A stretch of DNA of 64,000 nt, taken from positions 1,427,676-1,491,675 of the forward strand of contig BCGN01000004.1 of NCBI GenBank assembly GCA_001599295.1, read 5' to 3'. Numbering within the stretch: the stretch's first letter is position 1; every line of letters begins with the position of its first letter. The translations under genes and the position numbers were made by a program. Below are positions 9,506 to 20,462 of this stretch, piece by piece. This DNA is from Sporopachydermia quercuum (Eukaryota). The notes under the pieces were generated by a model, which was not told the origin of the DNA, made no database searches, and was given only the letters and a program-made list of their open reading frames with translations.

Positions 9506-11605
9506 ATGAGCAATCCAGCTGAAAAAAAGGAACCAGAAGTTTCTGAACAGTCCAGGGATGCCACATCTGATGATGGAGCTGGCCAAACTGGTGAAACTGT
9601 TGAAGAAACACCAGAAACAGAGGAAAATGGAAATTCTAAAGAAAATTACACTGAGGATATGGATGTGGACCATCAGGCTGAACTTGAGGACGATAATGAG
9701 AAGAATGCCGATCAGGAATCTGAGGGAAATCAACAAGCCGAGGGTGGAGATAACGGTTCGATTAATGCCACACCGGAGAATCTTTTGAAAACTCAAGCAG
9801 ATGAAACATCAAATGAACAGAAGGCCGGTGAACTATCATCAAATGGTGTTCAAATCACAGGAAACAAGCCTGCTGTTGCACCCAATACAGAAACTGCTCA
9901 AGTAGAGCAATCAAAGGAAGCATTAGAGGAAAAAGCAAAGTTATTTTTGGCACGACAAGTGGAACCAGTAATAATACCATCATTTGCCAAATGGTTTGAT
10001 ATAACTACAATCCACGAAATTGAAAAACAAGCTTTACCAGAATTTTTCAACAAAGCCTCGCGCCATAAGACTCTCGATGTTTATAAACAATATCGTGATT
10101 TCATGATATACACTTATAGATTATCACCTACTGAATATCTAACTGTCACTGCTTCGAGAAGGAATCTAGCTGGTGATGTTGGAAGCATTATTCGAGTACA
10201 TGAGTTTTTAGAAACATGGGGTTTAATCAATTATCAAATAGATCCAAAGACAAGACCAAGCCTTATGGGTCCTGCCCATACAAATCATTTCCGCATTGTT
10301 TTAGACACACCAATGGGTCTCCAATCATATGTTCCTGAATTGAAACCCACACCAGTTGGTGGAGATGCCACTAGTAATGCAGACAATGAAGCATCACCAA
10401 GTGAAGAAGAATTAGGAAACATAAAAGAAGAAGCATCTAGTTCAAAACCACTGTTGAATTTGGAACTGAGGAAAAACGTGTATGATTCAGCAGGATCTGC
10501 ATTAATGTTACAAGATTCCACCCAAAATAGAATCAAATCTTTAAACACCAAATCATATACTTGTACTATATCAGGTCAAGATGTCACTGAAGTTCGATAT
10601 CACAATTTAAAAGACCGCAATCTTGTTTTGGATGAAAAAGCTTTTAAGAATGGCTTATTTCCTAATAATTTCCACAGCTCTGATTTCATAAAACTGGAGC
10701 ATATTCAAGAAGCTGGTGATAATGTGAGTTGGACAGAACAAGAACAAATCCTGTTACTAGAAGCTATCGAGATGTTTGATAGTAATTGGGATGCCATTGC
10801 GGCCCATGTTGGTAGCAGAACTAAAGAGCAATGTATCAAGAAGTATTTACAGCTCCCTATTGAAGACGCATATCTTGACTCTGTACGTCCATCCAAGAGA
10901 GTGAAACGTGAGAATAATGATTTTGAAACAGATATCGACAGTATTGAACAAAAGGATATTTTAAGAATAATGAAATATATACTAATAACGGTTGATGGAA
11001 ATACTGTTGAGGAAGCGGTGAGAGAGATTGACTCCAAAAGCGATGTTTCTTCCAATAATAAGATATCTGAAGATGCTCAAATTATCAAACAAACATCTTT
11101 GAAGGTCCTTGGTAGTTTGATAGGCAAAGCAAAATTTAATCAAGAAAAAGCTAAAGACTTAGAAGAGACAGAGCTATTTAATTTGCTGAGATGTCAAATT
11201 GATAAAATCAATGCTAAACTGGAAAATTTTCAAGCAGTAGAATCATTTTATCAACAGGAGCTTAAAAGTTTAGAGAGGGCAAAAGCTAGACTATATATGG
11301 ATCGATTAGCATTCAATAAGCATTCTGCTAGCGTGATTGGCAAGCTGAAGCAATCCGCCATAAAAATTAAAGCAGGTGAATTAGATGAAGGTGGTTCATT
11401 AGTCACTGAAGCTGAAAAACTATGTATGGAAGCACCAAAGGCAATTTTGGTCAACATTAAGAAAACTAAACAAGAACCACCAGTTTCTAGTATGGATATC
11501 ACAGATATTGCTAAGAATCAAGCTACAGATACTTCTGGCGAGAAACCAACACTTCTTCCTGTTAGTGTGGAAGGTCCTAAAACTTATAGTTATTGGAGTG
11601 GCTAG
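9506..11605 (+). CDS. RSC8: RSC/SWI-SNF core subunit Rsc8 (SWIRM, degenerate ZZ, SANT, leucine zipper)
   Basis: SWIRM (VIIPSFAKWF, IHEIEKQALPEFF, YRLSPTEYLTVTA, FLETWGLINYQIDP), SANT (WTEQEQILLLEAIEMF...VGSRTKEQCI..YLQLPIED) and the Rsc8-type C-terminus (P.SVEGPKTYSYWS). Adjacent to IRC5. Confidence 0.9.
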   Translation: MSNPAEKKEPEVSEQSRDATSDDGAGQTGETVEETPETEENGNSKENYTEDMDVDHQAELEDDNEKNADQESEGNQQAEGGDNGSINATPENLLKTQADETSNEQKAGELSSNGVQITGNKPAVAPNTETAQVEQSKEALEEKAKLFLARQVEPVIIPSFAKWFDITTIHEIEKQALPEFFNKASRHKTLDVYKQYRDFMIYTYRLSPTEYLTVTASRRNLAGDVGSIIRVHEFLETWGLINYQIDPKTRPSLMGPAHTNHFRIVLDTPMGLQSYVPELKPTPVGGDATSNADNEASPSEEELGNIKEEASSSKPLLNLELRKNVYDSAGSALMLQDSTQNRIKSLNTKSYTCTISGQDVTEVRYHNLKDRNLVLDEKAFKNGLFPNNFHSSDFIKLEHIQEAGDNVSWTEQEQILLLEAIEMFDSNWDAIAAHVGSRTKEQCIKKYLQLPIEDAYLDSVRPSKRVKRENNDFETDIDSIEQKDILRIMKYILITVDGNTVEEAVREIDSKSDVSSNNKISEDAQIIKQTSLKVLGSLIGKAKFNQEKAKDLEETELFNLLRCQIDKINAKLENFQAVESFYQQELKSLERAKARLYMDRLAFNKHSASVIGKLKQSAIKIKAGELDEGGSLVTEAEKLCMEAPKAILVNIKKTKQEPPVSSMDITDIAKNQATDTSGEKPTLLPVSVEGPKTYSYWSG

Positions 11606-12085
11606 TCTGGTATCCAGTAAAATGTGTTTACATTAAACCAAGACGCGTATTATAACGTCTTTATATAGAAAACACGTTTACACGTTATTTTGTATTTATA
11701 ATATATTTTTTGTTACCCAAGTTAAGACTAAGCATTTATACACGACATAGTCCTATCCCTGTAAAGATGTCCGGCATTTGATCACAATTTCCGATTTGAA
11801 TAGGGATAATTTCCGATCTGAGACTTCCAGAATCTATGAAGTATTTCGAAGACCAAACTTAATTATCTCCGCTTAAACCGCTATCAAAGCCATTATAGTC
11901 TCCGATATTTATCCCCTTTTTAATGCATATCCATCGATTCCCATAGTAAATAAATCCTTCAAAATATCTAAGTATTATAGTAATATGATAGCTTACAAAT
12001 GAGTGGTACTGCCTATATGGTCCATTCGAGCATTCGTTTTTGTAGATGGATCTCATTTAAATTTTTGTTTATACAACATTTCAGT

Positions 12086-13573
12086 ATGAAAATAGTTTCT
12101 GCTTTCAGTATATTAGCCATAGGAAGCCAATTGGCTTTCGCATCATCAAATAGTGATACAGAAGCATTAGCCACGAGAGATGCTGAACAGCGATTGAGTA
12201 CCCTATCAAGAAAAGTTTTTTATGCTGATGGAAAGTTCAATCTTGAACAGATGAATGAACAGTTCAAATCCTCGGATTTGGTGAAGGAATTGATCCATAT
12301 TCAGAATGAAAACACCCGTCTTATTACTCAAGAAAAAGAGAATAAGGAAGCGAACGCTGATGAGATCAACGAAAGCAAAAGCTGGTTTGACTATTCGATT
12401 GATGACTTGTTTTCATTGCTTTTTCCATTTGGAGCAGCGATAAATGCTATTTTAGCCACAACGTACATTTCAGGACCTCCCAATTTCATTCTAGCTTTAA
12501 TCCCTGCTTCAATTGACCCTGCTTCATTGGTCGTAATGGTGTCGTTTGCAGTTGGTGGATTACTAGGAGATGTTTTTTTTCATTTACTACCCCAGACATT
12601 TTTGGGTGAACATATTGGCGATGAAGATGGGCTTGCGGGCTCATTAATGGTTGTTGAAAATGATAGCAAACGGAACACTATTCTTGGTTTAGGCATATTT
12701 GTTGGATTTTTCGCTTTTGTATGTGTTGATAAGTCTTTGAGAATTCTTCAGTTTGGATCCGAAGAGGATAGCCATAGTCATAGTCATAGTCATAGTCATG
12801 GGCATAATCATAGTCATAAGAGCGATAATGCTTCTGAAGCAGTGAGTAGTGGTATTAAATCGGAGAAAGATATCAAAGGTTTAAAACACAGAAAAGAAGG
12901 GGAAACAAGAAAAGATATTAGTGATGACACCGGTAAGGCCACTAGCGATAGTACCAAAACTATTGAACCATCCTCATCTATTCAGTTATCTGCCTATTTG
13001 AACTTGATTGCTGACTTCACACATAATATTACTGATGGATTAGCAATTGCGGCTTCATTCTACATTTCTAGAAACGTTGGAGCCACAACATGTTTGGCTG
13101 TATTTTTCCACGAAATTCCTCACGAGATTGGTGATTTTGCTTTGCTTATCAAAGGCGGATTCTCCAAAGGTCGTGCTATGAGATCACAATTTGTTACTGC
13201 TATTGGTGCCTATCTTGGTACATTTATTGGTATTTTCTTGAGTGAATGGTCGCAGAAATATAGCGGCCCTACAGATTTGGATACCGTTGATGAAAATGGA
13301 TTTATCCTGGGGGGTTCGAACTTCAAGTATGATTATTCTCCGGAGCCCTCGGGAGGGTTATTTGGAACCAGTGTTACATTAGGTGAGATGATTCTTCCAT
13401 TTACTGCTGGTGGTTTCTTGTATATTGCTACCGTTGGAGCTGTTCCTGAAATTTTGGAGATGGGAGTCGGTGGAACATCAACAAGAATGGATGAATTAAG
13501 GAAAAGTATTAAACAGTTTATTGCTGTATGGTTGGGAATTGCAGTTATGTTTGTTATCTCTTGGTTAGAATAA
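12086..13573 (+). CDS. YKE4: ER ZIP-family zinc transporter (Yke4/ZIP7-like)
   Basis: Signal peptide from ATG 12086 (MKIVSAFSILAIG), FAVGGLLGDVFFHLLP, a His-Ser repeat loop, AYLNLIADFTHNITDG, FFHEIPHEIGDF and FTAGGFLYIA. Confidence 0.9.
   Translation: MKIVSAFSILAIGSQLAFASSNSDTEALATRDAEQRLSTLSRKVFYADGKFNLEQMNEQFKSSDLVKELIHIQNENTRLITQEKENKEANADEINESKSWFDYSIDDLFSLLFPFGAAINAILATTYISGPPNFILALIPASIDPASLVVMVSFAVGGLLGDVFFHLLPQTFLGEHIGDEDGLAGSLMVVENDSKRNTILGLGIFVGFFAFVCVDKSLRILQFGSEEDSHSHSHSHSHGHNHSHKSDNASEAVSSGIKSEKDIKGLKHRKEGETRKDISDDTGKATSDSTKTIEPSSSIQLSAYLNLIADFTHNITDGLAIAASFYISRNVGATTCLAVFFHEIPHEIGDFALLIKGGFSKGRAMRSQFVTAIGAYLGTFIGIFLSEWSQKYSGPTDLDTVDENGFILGGSNFKYDYSPEPSGGLFGTSVTLGEMILPFTAGGFLYIATVGAVPEILEMGVGGTSTRMDELRKSIKQFIAVWLGIAVMFVISWLE
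12773..12817 (+). repeat. CATAGT hexamer repeat encoding the His-rich (HS)n loop of the ZIP transporter
   Basis: catagtcatagtcatagtcatagtcatgggcataatcatagtcat read directly from the sequence. Confidence 0.9.
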
Positions 13574-15699
13574 GTTACGAGAAATAAGCGGAAAATGTGA
13601 TGGTATGAACACACGACACAGAGTTGTATCTGAACCTTGGATTCAGATTCACGGAAAAACAGAAAATATGTATTTATGGTAGATTTTGATGTGAATATTA
13701 CTTGAATCTTACATGTTATAAGGATCATTTGATTAGGTTTGTAGGACTCCTCAAAAGCTTAGAAACCAGGTGTTTCAAAGTTGTAGTAAACACAATAGCT
13801 ATACAGCTAATAGAATATTGCTTCAATTGACTGTCTATCGTAGTATTTGTTCAGTCAAGTTCAGAACAGATCAAAACGGTTTCAATCTCACATCATAGTT
13901 CCATGAGAAAATAGAGTTAGANCGATTCCCGAAGTAGTATGAATTTTATGCACCAACTGAAACCTAACCATTTCCGAGAAATGGAAATTGGTTGGGAATT
14001 TGCTTTCAGAAGTTATAGATTTCCACTAGACTGGTTTTTTTGGGAGTATAAATGGTTAGGAATTTATGTGAATTGAACCATTCTACTATGGAGTAAGATA
14101 AATTTAAGCTAATACTATATTTGTAGAAGCTGCAAGAAGGATGTCTTTTATGCAACAGTAAGAAGCAGTGCAGAAACTTTATTGAGTGAAATAGAAACAG
14201 TTGAAATTAATGTCAGTATGTAATCACAACAGCTTTGATCACTTTATTTTCCAACATTAAGCATGATATGATACAACATACAAGATGACTGAAAAGATAA
14301 CCAAGCATTTGAGAAAGAACTTTGTAACGCACAAATGTTTATTGCAATGGATCGCCGGCAATAATGAAAATGATTAGAGTTTCGTGCTATTACTGATTCG
14401 TTTGATTCGTGCATACTACAATTGGTTCATTCCAAAGATAATCTTATCAATGGCAATTGCTCGGAATTCTTTCAATTATCAAGTTATTCAAATCATTCAA
14501 ACTTCCAGAAAAGCTCAAATTCAAAAGAGTCAATAATAACTAATGTCCAGTTGAAGCTCTACTCAATACTGGTATTAGCTTTCTCATCGTTTCGCTATCC
14601 TATCGTGATTTTCCAATAACTTCTAACATCTATATTTCTAATCATATTACTTTATATACGCCTTCCTATGCGTTTTACCTATTCTGGTGCTATTCTGTTG
14701 ATATATTTGACTGCTTACTGGGCCCAAAAAGCATTTGGTTGTTAAATGTATGTGATAGATAATATATACTCTGTTGAAAATAGCAGAGTGATTTCAGTTT
14801 GAATCTCTAAAATCCTGTATCCACATGTATCCTTTCCATTATTTGGTCTTTTCGCTTAATAAGTTCAGCTCATTCCATTGTTCGAATAATATACGAATTA
14901 TCTCTCAAAGGGCAATCTAAAGTATACAGGAATATAATCTCACATCTCCTCCCAATTCAATGACCTTATTTTACAACTATCTAGCCATGAGTACTCTTCA
15001 ATTATAGGTAACATTCATTTTCTTAGATTCACATATATTTATCACTATACTTCTGCACATCTTCCAAAACACCATAAAATTCCAGCTTGAAACAATAAAA
15101 TACTCTGAAATGCTCAAATGATCAGCTCCATCTATAATCTATCGTCCCTCACTTCCTATCTTTCATCCACTCCCTACTCACTTCTTCTGTATCCCCCACC
15201 TCTTCCGTACACAATTTTTTTGAATTACCCCATTAGGCCAAATTTTTCATCCTGTCGAAGAATCACAAATTCGTTTGTGAGGTGTTCTTTTCTGACGATT
15301 GGGATGCTGGGTTGCTGTACTGTTGCTTGATTATTAGGAGGGTTTGTGAGTAAAAGATTCAAGGAATTAATTGAATTCCTATAAGTATTTGCCCGCAAAA
15401 TAGTCAGGTAAGGAGTACAGAAGTTGTTTCTACCTGTATACTGGATCTTTGAACAAGCATAGAGATAGAATCATTCGAAGCCATTGATTGATTGGTCATA
15501 TAGTGAAGTGGTAGGGTCATAAGCAACTGATTGCAATATTGTAACAGATACATCTCCTAAATTAGAATCTAAAAAAGCAATTTGGCAGAACAAAACAAAT
15601 AAAATCTGTGAATTGGAAAAAGAGTTCTTAAGCTAAGGTAAATAACAAAATAATTGATAATTGCAACAGAGTTAGAATCCAATCCAACAATACATCAAA

Positions 15700-18600
15700 A
15701 TGTCAGCAGCTGAAGCTTTATCATTAAAACATGCTCAAGAAGCATCAAAAGGTGGTGAGGGCAGCAATAGTGATGGAAATTCTGGGAAGAAGAAACCAAT
15801 TTTCACCGAGGAAGAATTTCCTTCCTTAGGTGGAAATGCACCTTCAGGAAGCAAAGTAGCAAAAGGTTGGAGCACAGCGAGTATTAGATCAGGTTCACCA
15901 GTCACATCAGGCCAGTTAGGTAACACTGGGGCAAGTGTTGCTAGATCAAATCATATCACAGATGCTTTTTCATTAAGCTCTGAAGTTCAAAGCAAGATCA
16001 GTAAAACCGAATTTGCCACTATTCTTGTGAGAATCAAGAAAGCTACGAATACATCAGTTGAATGTTCTACTAGCAAGCTGAACGGTGTCAAGAACTTTTT
16101 GGTCAAAGGCAAACCCAACGATGTTTATTTGGCTAGAAGAGAACTTATTAAAGCTTTATCAGTACCTGTGCATGTTTCTTTTGAAATTCCTGCTTCAACA
16201 AGATCATCAGTTATTGGACCTCAAGGTAAAAATCTGAAACCAATCATTGAGAAGAGCCAAGCTAAGATCAACATTGCAAAGAATTCACCAGGCAATAATG
16301 AGTCTCAAGATGATGAAATGATCATAGTTACAGTTGATGGTGATGCTGAAGGTGTTGCTATTGCCAAGCAAGAAATCCTGAATATCGTCGATGAAAAACT
16401 GAAATATATCACAACGAAGTTAACTGATATTGCAGCTAAATTCTACCCTTTCATCAATCAACAACTATATGGTTTGAAAGGCGATAAAGAAGTTGAAGTT
16501 TATCTCAACGAAGAAGCATTTTTATCTAACGAAAAACCAGGGCCAATTACAATTTCTGGTCTTCGATCAGATGCTTTGGAATTAAAGCAAGCAATTGTTG
16601 ATTTAGTTGCTACTTACCAATCAGCCCTCTCAACCAAGTCAGTTGAAATCCCTAAAAATCGTCATAAGTTATTACTCATCAACGAAAAGAACGAAGCCGA
16701 TCCTTTGTCTTTGAAGACTTTTTTCAACAAAAGTAACTGTGTTCTTACTATTCCCTCAGCTTCGGACCCTTCAACCAAGGTTGAACTATTCGGTCCTGGT
16801 AATAAGGTGGAAGCTGCTGCTGCTATGGTTATCGCCAAAGCCAAATCATTTGTTTTTGACTCTTTGGATATTAGCCAAGCTCACAATAAAAACTTGAGTC
16901 ATGCTCAAGCTTTAGCCCAATTTTTCGGCTCTTCTCATTGCTCATTGATCGATGATGCTAAAAGCAAGGAAAACGTCATTGTTAATGTCCCTGGTTTCAA
17001 ATCATTGTATGGAAGCGAATCCACAGGCGTTTTGATAGAAATGTATGGTCGTGATGAAACATCAGTGAAGACTGTAAGAAAATTAGTCATTGGTCTTGTA
17101 AACAGTTATCCTCCTTCCCATTTATTAAGAGTTACCGATATTGATCCATTCTTACAACACCAAATCAAATCATTAGTTGCTGATGCAGGCGTCACAGTTC
17201 TTTTACCTGAGGATTCCAGTATTAACTCCGATGTCATTTTCGTTTATGATAATGAAGATGACAATAATGATTTTGGACCTTCTGCCGAGGAAATCACCGA
17301 GAAGCTTGAAGCTACTAACAAGTTACTTGACAGTTTAAGAGATAGACAAAAGGACATTATCACTGAAACCCCTGAAATATCTGAAGCAGACTTCAAATAT
17401 ATTACAGGTCCTAACAATACTACTCTTAGATCTATTATAAGGTCTACTTGTGGTGATGTTGAGCATCCTTTAGTAACAATTATTATTGGTGATGGTAAAG
17501 TAGTTGTTAGAGGTCTCAGCAAACTTGTCCATTCTACTGTCAAGGAATTGTTCAGAGTTGTTGAAGAAGGAAAAGAATACGCTCAACAATCAAGCTATGT
17601 TGTCGAATTTGAATACCCTACTCAAGCTTTGAACAGGCTTATTGGTAGAAATGGTTCTAATTTGAAGACTCTTGAAGAAGAATTTGGTGTGGAAATCAAT
17701 GTTTCAGAAGAAGGAATTGTTTCAATCAAAGGTATTAAAAAGAACAGCGATGAGGCCAAAGCTCGCATTACCGCTCAAGGTAAGAAATGGGCTGACGAGC
17801 AAAATACTGTTGTTGAGGTTCCTCGTAAATATCATGCTTCCATCATTGGTACTCAAGGTAACTTGGTTAAACGTTTAGAAGAGAAGTATGATGTTTCTAT
17901 AAGATTTCCTAGGGATACTGATGATCTCTTAAATGAGGTTAGAATTAGAGGTCCTTCTAAAGGAGTAACTAAAGCTAAGGAAGAAATCACTGAGTTGATG
18001 AACTTTGAAATTGAACACGGTTTTGAAAAGACTATTTCAGTACCTAAATCTTTCATTGCTTTTATCATTGGTAAGAATGGTGAAAATATTAACAATATCA
18101 GAGATTCTACTCAAACCCATATTCAAATTATGGATGATTCTAACGATGGTGATGATATTGAAACTGCTTTCATTCAAATTAGAGGAAGTCGTTCGGGAGT
18201 TGCTAATGCTGAGAAGAGAGTTAATGAGGTCGTTGTTCAACAACAAAACTTGGTCACTAAGGAGATTGAAGTCAGTCCTAAATATCACGGTGCTCTTATT
18301 GGTAGAGATTTTACCCATTTATGGGAGTTAGTCAGTACAGCAGTTGGACCTGTTGATAAGAGAGATTTACGAGGACTTGTGCAAATTCCTGAACAGAATT
18401 CCGGTAGCTCAACTATTACTTTAGAAGGTGATAAAGAAAAAGTTGAAAAAATTGCTGCAGCTATTTTGAAATTTGCGGCTGATCGTGATGCTAGAATTAC
18501 CAGTAAGAAAGAAGTACCTAAGAACAAACATAAACTTTTGATTGGTGCAGGAGGATCTACTAAGTATGAATTACAGGATGAGTTTAATGTTAGAATTCAG

Positions 18601-19227
18601 ATACCATCTTCAGATGATTCATCAAAGGATATTGTTATTGTAGGGTTACCTGAAGATATTGAAAGGGTTACCGAGAGGATTAATGAACTTACCGCTAATT
18701 CATGGAAAGAATCTGTTGATGTTCCAGTGAGGTATTTTGGTGATTTGTACGACAAGGGAACCTTGATCCGTACTTTGAGAAATGAATTTAGGGTTAGAGT
18801 TGATAACGATAACAGAAGACCTAAGAACTATGGTAGATCTATTCCTAAGGAGGCTGTTGGTCAGGAAGAAGAAGGTACTAAATGGACTGTTGTCGAGGAT
18901 CAGGCAACTGAAGACGAAGATGATACTGCTGTTCCTTTCAGATTAAGCGGTGATGCTGATGAATGTGTAAAGGCTAAACAATTCATTGAAAAGCGTTTGG
19001 AAGAAGTTCAGAAGTATGATTCTACTGGATATTTCTGGTCAAATGATGCCAGTAAATACGGATCTGTTGTAGGACCCCAAGGTAAAAATATTAACAAGAT
19101 CAGATCTCAAAGTAGTTGCCATATTGATGTTCCTAAGGCAACTGATAGTAAGAATGTTATTGTTGTGCGTGGTAGTAAAGAGGGCATTGAGATTGCTCAT
19201 CAAGAAATTCTTAAAAGATTGAAGTGA
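15700..19227 (+). CDS. SCP160: Vigilin-like multi-KH-domain RNA-binding protein Scp160
   Basis: 1175 aa. N-terminal EEEFPSLG motif and many KH GxxG loops (IGPQG, IGRNG, IGTQG, IGKNG, IGAGG, VGPQG). Confidence 0.92.
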   Translation: MSAAEALSLKHAQEASKGGEGSNSDGNSGKKKPIFTEEEFPSLGGNAPSGSKVAKGWSTASIRSGSPVTSGQLGNTGASVARSNHITDAFSLSSEVQSKISKTEFATILVRIKKATNTSVECSTSKLNGVKNFLVKGKPNDVYLARRELIKALSVPVHVSFEIPASTRSSVIGPQGKNLKPIIEKSQAKINIAKNSPGNNESQDDEMIIVTVDGDAEGVAIAKQEILNIVDEKLKYITTKLTDIAAKFYPFINQQLYGLKGDKEVEVYLNEEAFLSNEKPGPITISGLRSDALELKQAIVDLVATYQSALSTKSVEIPKNRHKLLLINEKNEADPLSLKTFFNKSNCVLTIPSASDPSTKVELFGPGNKVEAAAAMVIAKAKSFVFDSLDISQAHNKNLSHAQALAQFFGSSHCSLIDDAKSKENVIVNVPGFKSLYGSESTGVLIEMYGRDETSVKTVRKLVIGLVNSYPPSHLLRVTDIDPFLQHQIKSLVADAGVTVLLPEDSSINSDVIFVYDNEDDNNDFGPSAEEITEKLEATNKLLDSLRDRQKDIITETPEISEADFKYITGPNNTTLRSIIRSTCGDVEHPLVTIIIGDGKVVVRGLSKLVHSTVKELFRVVEEGKEYAQQSSYVVEFEYPTQALNRLIGRNGSNLKTLEEEFGVEINVSEEGIVSIKGIKKNSDEAKARITAQGKKWADEQNTVVEVPRKYHASIIGTQGNLVKRLEEKYDVSIRFPRDTDDLLNEVRIRGPSKGVTKAKEEITELMNFEIEHGFEKTISVPKSFIAFIIGKNGENINNIRDSTQTHIQIMDDSNDGDDIETAFIQIRGSRSGVANAEKRVNEVVVQQQNLVTKEIEVSPKYHGALIGRDFTHLWELVSTAVGPVDKRDLRGLVQIPEQNSGSSTITLEGDKEKVEKIAAAILKFAADRDARITSKKEVPKNKHKLLIGAGGSTKYELQDEFNVRIQIPSSDDSSKDIVIVGLPEDIERVTERINELTANSWKESVDVPVRYFGDLYDKGTLIRTLRNEFRVRVDNDNRRPKNYGRSIPKEAVGQEEEGTKWTVVEDQATEDEDDTAVPFRLSGDADECVKAKQFIEKRLEEVQKYDSTGYFWSNDASKYGSVVGPQGKNINKIRSQSSCHIDVPKATDSKNVIVVRGSKEGIEIAHQEILKRLK

Positions 19228-19927
19228 GAATTGAAACCAAGAATTTAAATGACCAACATTAAAAAGTTTTGAGTTGNTTTAGAATTTTGATTCTAGTAAA
19301 TATTAATTTTATATATTTGTTAATTACTGATGCGTTACTGTAGAAATGATGGTTAGAATCTGTCAGTGGAATTTAATGTATTTCAAGAGTTATCGATTCC
19401 GATCCTCATTAAGGTTTGAACTTAGATCTCAAACAGGAAAGTAAAATTAACCAATTTATATCCAACTTAAACTCTACTTGATGTTTTGAAGTTGATGCAA
19501 TTTGCTCTTGGTTTAATAAGGACATCGCATGCGTCTACGAAGCATGAAGTGAAAGAAATTGAAAGTTTTATTCTCTCAAACTGTATACAAATAAAGTATC
19601 AACTAACATTGTAGGAGAGTACAAAGTATTGTTCTGCACAAGCATAGAAATATGTCTACCATATCACCCTTGAAATTTTGCGGTGAATATGGAAAGTTGA
19701 CCGGCCTCTCATGCGCAATTATATTAAGTCTTTGTTCTTAAAAAGATTGCGTATGAATTCCCTTGACATTCAATTTGGTTTATCTCCTTTTACTAATAAT
19801 TTCAAACCCTCTCTTCAGTGATTTCTAATAAGTTTCCTGAGGAGAATTGGAATTCTAATTAAAGTTGAAAAGAAATCCAGCACTTCAGATTCACCTTCTT
19901 AAATGAGATGNAGTTTTCCCAATCTTC

Positions 19928-20433
19928 TCATTGTTTCAAATCCCAAAAAGGCAATAATTATTTCCATAAAATAATCACCAAGAAGTTTCCAAGTCAATCC
20001 TGATACGAATAGTTCAATTAGTGTTAAAACTATTCGGTAGCTCATGAGCTGAATACATTCTTTCTATTGGATTTCCAAGGCGTATTTCTCTAAAGAGCAA
20101 TCAATTTGTTTTGAAGCATGCTGATTTGTTCATTGGAAGCTGTGAATGTATCATAATTTTCGAGATGCTTACGCAAGTTTTGTTCAAAACTCTGATTTGA
20201 GCTTTATTGCTCTGATTACTTGGATGTTTTGGTTATTGGGGATTAGTTTAATAAAAATAAAGAGCTGATAAATAGTAAAGGAAGATTGTTTCATCTTTGA
20301 TTTGGAAAAGTTATTTAAACAGCTCAGAATCCATTTCCTTATCAAGTTCTTGTTCAATTCACTTTCTTTGTTCTTATTCTGTATCAAACAACAAGAAACA
20401 ATCACAGCTAAGAAGGTTAAATAACTTATAAAA
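19928..20433 (+). promoter_or_regulatory. Alpha-factor gene promoter: candidate PRE (Ste12), Mcm1 and TATA elements
   Basis: TGTTTCA (reverse complement of the PRE TGAAACA) at 19932-19938 and 20287-20293; Mcm1-like CCCAAAAAGG at 19942-19951, preceded by TCATTGT; TATAAAA at 20427-20433. Confidence 0.5.
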
Positions 20434-20462
20434 ATATCATTACTAAAAATAACCATACTAAA

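Noticed and set aside
15346..15670. Possible SCP160 5'-UTR intron (GTGAGT/GTAAGG donors)
   Set aside because: There is no convincing branch-point match before the candidate acceptors.
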